A stretch of DNA of 32,000 bases. Source: Synechococcus sp. A15-24. GTDB taxonomy: Bacteria; Cyanobacteriota; Cyanobacteriia; PCC-6307; Cyanobiaceae. Made by a program: the position numbers and the translations under genes. The DNA lies in contig NZ_CP047960.1 of NCBI RefSeq assembly GCF_014280195.1, positions 1,650,001 to 1,682,000 on the forward strand, in the 5' to 3' direction. The notes beneath the pieces are model-generated. The model did not search any database. It was not told the DNA's origin and was given only the letters and a program-made list of their open reading frames with translations. How positions within the stretch are numbered: the stretch's first letter is position 1; every line of letters starts with the position of its first letter. Below are positions 29,163 to 32,000 of this stretch, piece after piece.

Positions 29163-29413
29163 GCTCATATCGAAGATCCTTGGTGTTGTTACGTCTCCGA
29201 CTGATGCTGATCAGCCTGGGGATGGGAACGGTGCTGATCATGTTTCTGTGCCTGGGGGCTCAGAACCTCAAAGACCGCCACAGCATCCAGGTTGGATCCG
29301 CACGATCAGTACCGCTGCCAACGGGCTTCCTGGTGGGACTCTCGCTGGTGATTGGTGTGGTCAGCGGCGGAAGTGCAGCTGCCGTGATGTTGCCGGAGCA
29401 ACGCTGGGACTGA
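29159..29413 (+). CDS. Small (84 aa) two-TM membrane protein, LapA-domain-like
   Basis: The sequence is MSSYRRSLVLLRLRLMLISLGMGTVLIMFLCLGAQN...GFLVGLSLVIGVVSGGSAAAV. It has an ATGA overlap with the rsmI stop. Confidence 0.6.
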   Translation: MSSYRRSLVLLRLRLMLISLGMGTVLIMFLCLGAQNLKDRHSIQVGSARSVPLPTGFLVGLSLVIGVVSGGSAAAVMLPEQRWD

Positions 29414-29417
29414 TCAA

Positions 29418-30188
29418 TCAGCCCTGCGCAGCTGCATCCAGCGCGATCAGGCTCCCATCCATGACCAGACGGGTAATCCCGCGAGCCAACAGGTAGGGAC
29501 TCGTGCGTTCAAAGACGGCCGTGTCAGGAACTTTGATCACCCGCTGACTGCGACCGCACTGGCGTTTGGCAGCTCGAGGATTGCCATAGAGAAACAGGCC
29601 CTGCCGATCAAGCTCGGACTCCTCGAGATGAGCAAGTTCTGGGAAATCTCGCAACGGGCGCGCATCGAGCTCCACCACCTTGTCCACAAGCATGTAAACG
29701 CTGTTCGGCAGAGAGCCTGCCTGCAGAGGCTGCACCTCCACTGGAAGCCGATCACTGAGATCAGCCACCCCTACCAAAGGCACAAGTTCAGTGAAGGTAT
29801 GGCTCGCTTCGGAGTTGTCGTCCGCTGCAACCCCTTCCTCCTCATTGACTGGATCCGTGTCCTCACCGAAGTCGTCGGCATCGTCCAACGCCAGGTTTGA
29901 AACCGCTTCAGCGTTGTCCTCATCTTGCTCTGAGGCACTCGCCTGCACCGCATCAGCGGCTGCAACAGCCACAGGAGCAGCCTCCGCGACTGGCGTCACT
30001 GTTCCGGTCTTCTGGCGACTGGCCTTGAGAGCGGCATAGGCCTCTGGGGGCAGCAGCGCCTTCACCGTGCGAGTCACGGTGTTTGGGCTGCAACCGAAGA
30101 CCTCCGCCAGGGCAACAGTGGACTCTCCAGCCTTGTAACGACCCACCAGGTCCTGCTTCTCGCTTTCGCTAAGACGACGTGGGGCCAT
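29418..30188 (-). CDS. HTH-domain protein with long acidic linker, unknown function
   Basis: The N-terminal SESEKQDLVGRYKAGESTVALAEVFGCSPNTVTRTVK resembles a resolvase/transposase-type HTH. An acidic low-complexity region (SEQDEDNAEAVSNLALDDADDFGEDTDPVNEEEG) and a globular C-terminal domain follow. GC content is core-like. The start is ATG 30188, or TTG 30191. Confidence 0.7.
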   Translation of the reverse strand: MAPRRLSESEKQDLVGRYKAGESTVALAEVFGCSPNTVTRTVKALLPPEAYAALKASRQKTGTVTPVAEAAPVAVAAADAVQASASEQDEDNAEAVSNLALDDADDFGEDTDPVNEEEGVAADDNSEASHTFTELVPLVGVADLSDRLPVEVQPLQAGSLPNSVYMLVDKVVELDARPLRDFPELAHLEESELDRQGLFLYGNPRAAKRQCGRSQRVIKVPDTAVFERTSPYLLARGITRLVMDGSLIALDAAAQG

Positions 30189-30231
30189 CAATGTCGTTTA
30201 GGAGCTCCAAACTCTAGGAGCCTTAGGTGGC

Positions 30232-30240
30232 TGGCAGAAT
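30232..30240 (+). promoter_or_regulatory. Possible extended -10 element for the tRNA gene
   Basis: The element TGgCAGAAT ends 10 nt before the mature tRNA 5' end, and there is no convincing -35. This is weak, pattern-only evidence. Confidence 0.25.
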
Positions 30241-30250
30241 GCGATCGGCA

Positions 30251-30324
30251 GCTCCCTTAGCTCAGCTGGATAGAGCAACTGCCTTCTAAGCAGTCGGTCG
30301 ATGGTTCGAATCCATCAGGGGGCG
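30251..30324 (+). tRNA. tRNA-Arg (anticodon UCU, decodes AGA)
   Basis: I folded the cloverleaf by hand. The acceptor is GCUCCCU/AGGGGGC (one G-U pair), and the D-arm is AGCUCAGCUGGAUAGAGC. The anticodon stem is ACUGC/GCAGU with loop CUUCUAA (anticodon UCU), and the T-arm is GAUGG-UUCGAAU-CCAUC. The discriminator is G, no CCA is encoded, and the length is 74 nt. Confidence 0.93.
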
Positions 30325-30338
30325 TTAGTTATACCAAA

Positions 30339-30372
30339 GGTTCTCAGCGTTTCTGAGAGCCATTTTTCATTT
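30339..30372 (+). terminator. Intrinsic terminator downstream of tRNA-Arg
   Basis: GGTTCTCAG-cgttt-CTGAGAGCC forms a 9-bp stem including one G-U pair. It is followed by ATTTTTCATTT. Confidence 0.6.
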
Positions 30373-30384
30373 CATCTTGCAGCC

Positions 30385-30407
30385 TTGTGCGCAGAATTGT
30401 GCGCAGA
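30385..30407 (+). repeat. Tandem direct repeat, 2 x TTGTGCGCAGA (12-nt period)
   Basis: TTGTGCGCAGAa (30385-30396) is followed by TTGTGCGCAGAt (30397-30408). Confidence 0.9.
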
Positions 30408-30448
30408 TTCATTGCAACCGCCTCTGCCGCAACAGATCACAGCAATTT

Positions 30449-30459
30449 TTGCGCACAAT
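30449..30459 (-). repeat. Inverted third copy of the TTGTGCGCA motif
   Basis: TTGCGCACAAT at 30449-30459 is the reverse complement of ATTGTGCGCAA. It shares ATTGTGCGCA with the second direct copy and lies about 42 nt downstream of the tandem pair. Confidence 0.85.
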
Positions 30460-30545
30460 CGCCCAAAACCCGCCGCCTGAAATGCATCTCGTCATTTATT
30501 TCGTAATTCAGTGCCTATAAATAATTGCCTTTATAACTAGAACCG

Positions 30546-30570
30546 GCAAAAAAGAAGCCGCCGAAGCGGC
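30546..30570 (-). terminator. Intrinsic terminator oriented on the minus strand, with no annotated gene upstream of it
   Basis: The minus strand reads GCCGC-TTCG-GCGGC followed by TTCTTTTTTG. This is a 5-bp GC stem, a UUCG tetraloop and a U-tract. On the plus strand no T-tract follows. Confidence 0.55.
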
Positions 30571-30668
30571 CCCTATCTGTTGCGCTGAGCCGCCAGTCCA
30601 CCGTAAAACTGAGTGTTCACAGAATACTCAAAACAGCTAAGCTGTATATATCCCAGATATGCATTTTA

Positions 30669-30845
30669 GTGCCCAAACGTCAGCTACCTATTCAGGCTGA
30701 CCTGATCATCAATCGTCTTCGTCTTGAAGCCAGTATTGAACGTCAGCGTGCAGTCTTTGAAATTGATGATGACTTGCCACATGTGCCGTCCTACGACCCA
30801 TTAGCAAGTCCCCAAAGCCGCCGCATAGCAACTCATGTCAGCTGA
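30669..30845 (+). CDS. Hypothetical 58-aa protein (island ORF A)
   Basis: My own translation from GTG 30669 is (M)PKRQLPIQADLIINRLRLEASIERQRAVFEIDDDLPHVPSYDPLASPQSRRIATHVS*. The 3' end overlaps the ATG of ORF B by 11 nt. It is below the track cutoff and I saw no clear RBS. Confidence 0.35.
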   Translation: MPKRQLPIQADLIINRLRLEASIERQRAVFEIDDDLPHVPSYDPLASPQSRRIATHVS

Positions 30846-31245
30846 ATTTCAATCAATCGACGACCAGATCAAGGCGTCGTACCAATCTGCATCGCAAGTC
30901 GAAACTCAGGCTCGTCAGCTTGAAGCCAGAATCGCCAAGATCGATGGCACAAAACATCTCATACCAACACGTCGTTATGGTCAACCGGTCGACCTAGCAA
31001 AAATCAGGTCAAATCTGACACTTACATCTCTTATTGCACAAGATTCCGCAGAGCTAGCTCACTTTTGCGGCATAGACCCTGGCATTCGTCACCGTATGGA
31101 CGAGGAGAAGGAGGCCAGAGCCCTTGCAGCGCAGTCGTTAGCGATGCGCACAGAGCGCCTCCGCGACAGTAACGAGAGCGCTGCCAAGGTCCGCGAGCAG
31201 CAGCTCATCAGTGGCATCAACCCAATGACTGGGAGGTTCTTCTGA
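30835..31245 (+). CDS. Hypothetical 136-aa protein, predicted coiled-coil (island ORF B)
   Basis: This is a track ORF with ATG start. Heptad-like N- and C-terminal segments are present (QVETQARQLEARIAKIDG, EEKEARALAAQSLAMRTERLRDSNESAAKVREQQ). I recognise no motif. Confidence 0.6.
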   Translation: MSAEFQSIDDQIKASYQSASQVETQARQLEARIAKIDGTKHLIPTRRYGQPVDLAKIRSNLTLTSLIAQDSAELAHFCGIDPGIRHRMDEEKEARALAAQSLAMRTERLRDSNESAAKVREQQLISGINPMTGRFF

Positions 31246-31592
31246 TGCTTGCTCGACCGCACCCTGTTCTGGGTTGGCTGCATTGCCAGCCAGAGGACAG
31301 CAGAAGACTCCTCGACCGTCAGCTAACCCATCGCGATCATGCGCTGGAGGCTGATCCAAGCTTCAGCGGTATGCCAGCGAGCTTCGTTGAGGAGACCTGG
31401 GTCAACTGGTTGCCCAAGGCTGTCGCCAAGCCCTTCTACAGAGACCAGCTCACCGCCCATGTTGCAGAGCTGGAACGCCAAATCACCAACCTCAGCCGGG
31501 AGATTGAACTGCAGTCCGGCGGCCTGCTCGATCAAAGAGATGCAGCTGTGGATCTCAGGCAACGTCTCAAGCACTTGCTTGACAACTCATAA
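31245..31592 (+). CDS. Hypothetical 115-aa protein with C-terminal coiled-coil (island ORF C)
   Basis: This is a track ORF whose ATG overlaps the ORF B stop by 1 nt (TGATG). The C-terminus reads LTAHVAELERQITNLSREIELQSGGLLDQRDAAVDLRQRLKHLL. Four of its 11 Arg codons are AGA. Confidence 0.6.
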   Translation: MLARPHPVLGWLHCQPEDSRRLLDRQLTHRDHALEADPSFSGMPASFVEETWVNWLPKAVAKPFYRDQLTAHVAELERQITNLSREIELQSGGLLDQRDAAVDLRQRLKHLLDNS

Positions 31593-31630
31593 CTCTAGAC
31601 AGTCTGAAAATTCCAGTGCAACCACTACTG

Positions 31631-31834
31631 ATGCCAAACCTTTTTGATCACGTCCCAGACGTTCCTCTGTTGCATAGCGTTAACCGATGGCCCAAGAGTT
31701 GCGCCAGAGAGGAATGGTTGCGAATAACTAAAGCCGCTGTGGCTAGCGTCATTGCAAATCTGGCAGATAACCTAGACGACGTGGAGCTATCACTCGTCGA
31801 GCAGCTCTTTAAAGAAGCAGATTTGTTGCCATGA
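31631..31834 (+). CDS. Hypothetical 67-aa protein (island ORF D)
   Basis: This is a track ORF (GTG 31616) with an ATG at 31631: MPNLFDHVPDVPLLHSVNRWPKSCAREEWLRITKAAV... It has an acidic C-terminus, lies 24-39 nt after ORF C and is on the same strand. Confidence 0.5.
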   Translation: MPNLFDHVPDVPLLHSVNRWPKSCAREEWLRITKAAVASVIANLADNLDDVELSLVEQLFKEADLLP

Positions 31835-31842
31835 GACCAGAG

Positions 31843-32000
31843 TTAATCGAGTTCCATTTCATTTATTGATTTCACCACTGAACGGGCTCTTTTTACTTGT
31901 GCAGGGTCACAGTATTTTTCTGCAAATTGCCACTTGCCCAATGAAATCAATTCACTTTCAAGTTCTGAAATAATGGACTCAAACTCAGCTGGCGGCAATT
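31843..32000 (-). CDS. C-terminal fragment (51 aa) of an unknown protein entering from the right edge
   Basis: My own translation of the minus strand is ...LPPAEFESIISELESELISLGKWQFAEKYCDPAQVKRARSVVKSINEMELD* with stop TAA at 31845-31843. The frame is open to the window edge. It is AT-rich (about 38% GC) and convergent with ORF D, separated by 8 nt. Confidence 0.45.
   Translation of the reverse strand, partial: LPPAEFESIISELESELISLGKWQFAEKYCDPAQVKRARSVVKSINEMELD

Larger units (their letters stand above)
30325..32000. mobile_element. Left portion of a probable tRNA-Arg-associated genomic island (extends beyond the window)
   Basis: The GC drop begins at the tRNA 3' end. Hand counts are 41/60 GC at 29941-30000, 18/60 at 30481-30540 and 23/60 at 31861-31920. 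The ORFs have no family I recognise and use a different codon set (AGA, AGG, ATA, CTA, TTA). No integrase or att repeat is visible inside the window. Confidence 0.5.

Noticed and set aside
30385-30408. The tandem 12-nt repeat considered as a possible CRISPR or mini-array.
   Set aside because: There are only two adjacent copies, no spacers and a length far below CRISPR repeats. It is better explained as protein-binding half-sites.
30411-30668. Very short ORFs in the island non-coding region. One is a 28-aa Cys-rich minus-strand ORF (ATG complement about 30497 to about 30411), and another is a 15-aa hydrophobic peptide MHIWDIYSLAVLSIL on the minus strand (ATG at complement of about 30664). Both were considered as type I toxin candidates.
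   Set aside because: They are too short to support from sequence alone and have no RBS or conservation evidence. I mention them only as something to inspect if transcripts are detected.

Overview
The window is a high-GC (about 60-68% in hand-counted lines), densely packed chromosomal segment. Its gene content and protein sequences look like a marine picocyanobacterium of the Synechococcus type, because ndhB, vipp1/IM30, a Ycf46-like AAA+ ATPase and DUF2808/DUF2232-type proteins are present; this assignment is inference only. From 1 to about 30250 it carries ordinary housekeeping genes: topA, ndhB, an ABC ATPase, birA, an aminotransferase, trxA, vipp1, envelope glycosyltransferases, sppA, aroH, the rpmH-rnpA-yidC cluster, serS, rseP, rpsN, pnp, a cysQ-like gene and rsmI. 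Many neighbouring genes overlap by 1-14 nt. Four real small genes fall below the 60-aa cutoff of the ORF track or are mis-started in it: rpmH, rpsN, a 53-aa membrane protein and a 58-aa island ORF. Most long extra ORFs in the track are antisense shadows, which are typical of high-GC DNA. I report two non-routine places. (1) At 7.5-7.8 kb, a response-regulator receiver fragment and an M23 peptidase converge and overlap. Each stops just before its catalytically essential residues, which looks like a deletion scar or paired pseudogenisation. (2) A tRNA-Arg(UCU) lies at 30251-30324, and composition drops abruptly exactly at its 3' end. From there to the window edge there is an AT-richer, mosaic region with a tRNA terminator, a TTGTGCGCA repeat set (two direct copies and one inverted), and an orphan minus-strand terminator. 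It also holds a translationally coupled cassette of four small ORFs with no family I can recognise and a convergent AT-rich ORF running off the edge. This looks like the left edge of an integrated genomic island and is the best candidate for something undescribed, but I cannot assign it a function from sequence alone. I found no rRNA, CRISPR array, transposase or integrase in the window.
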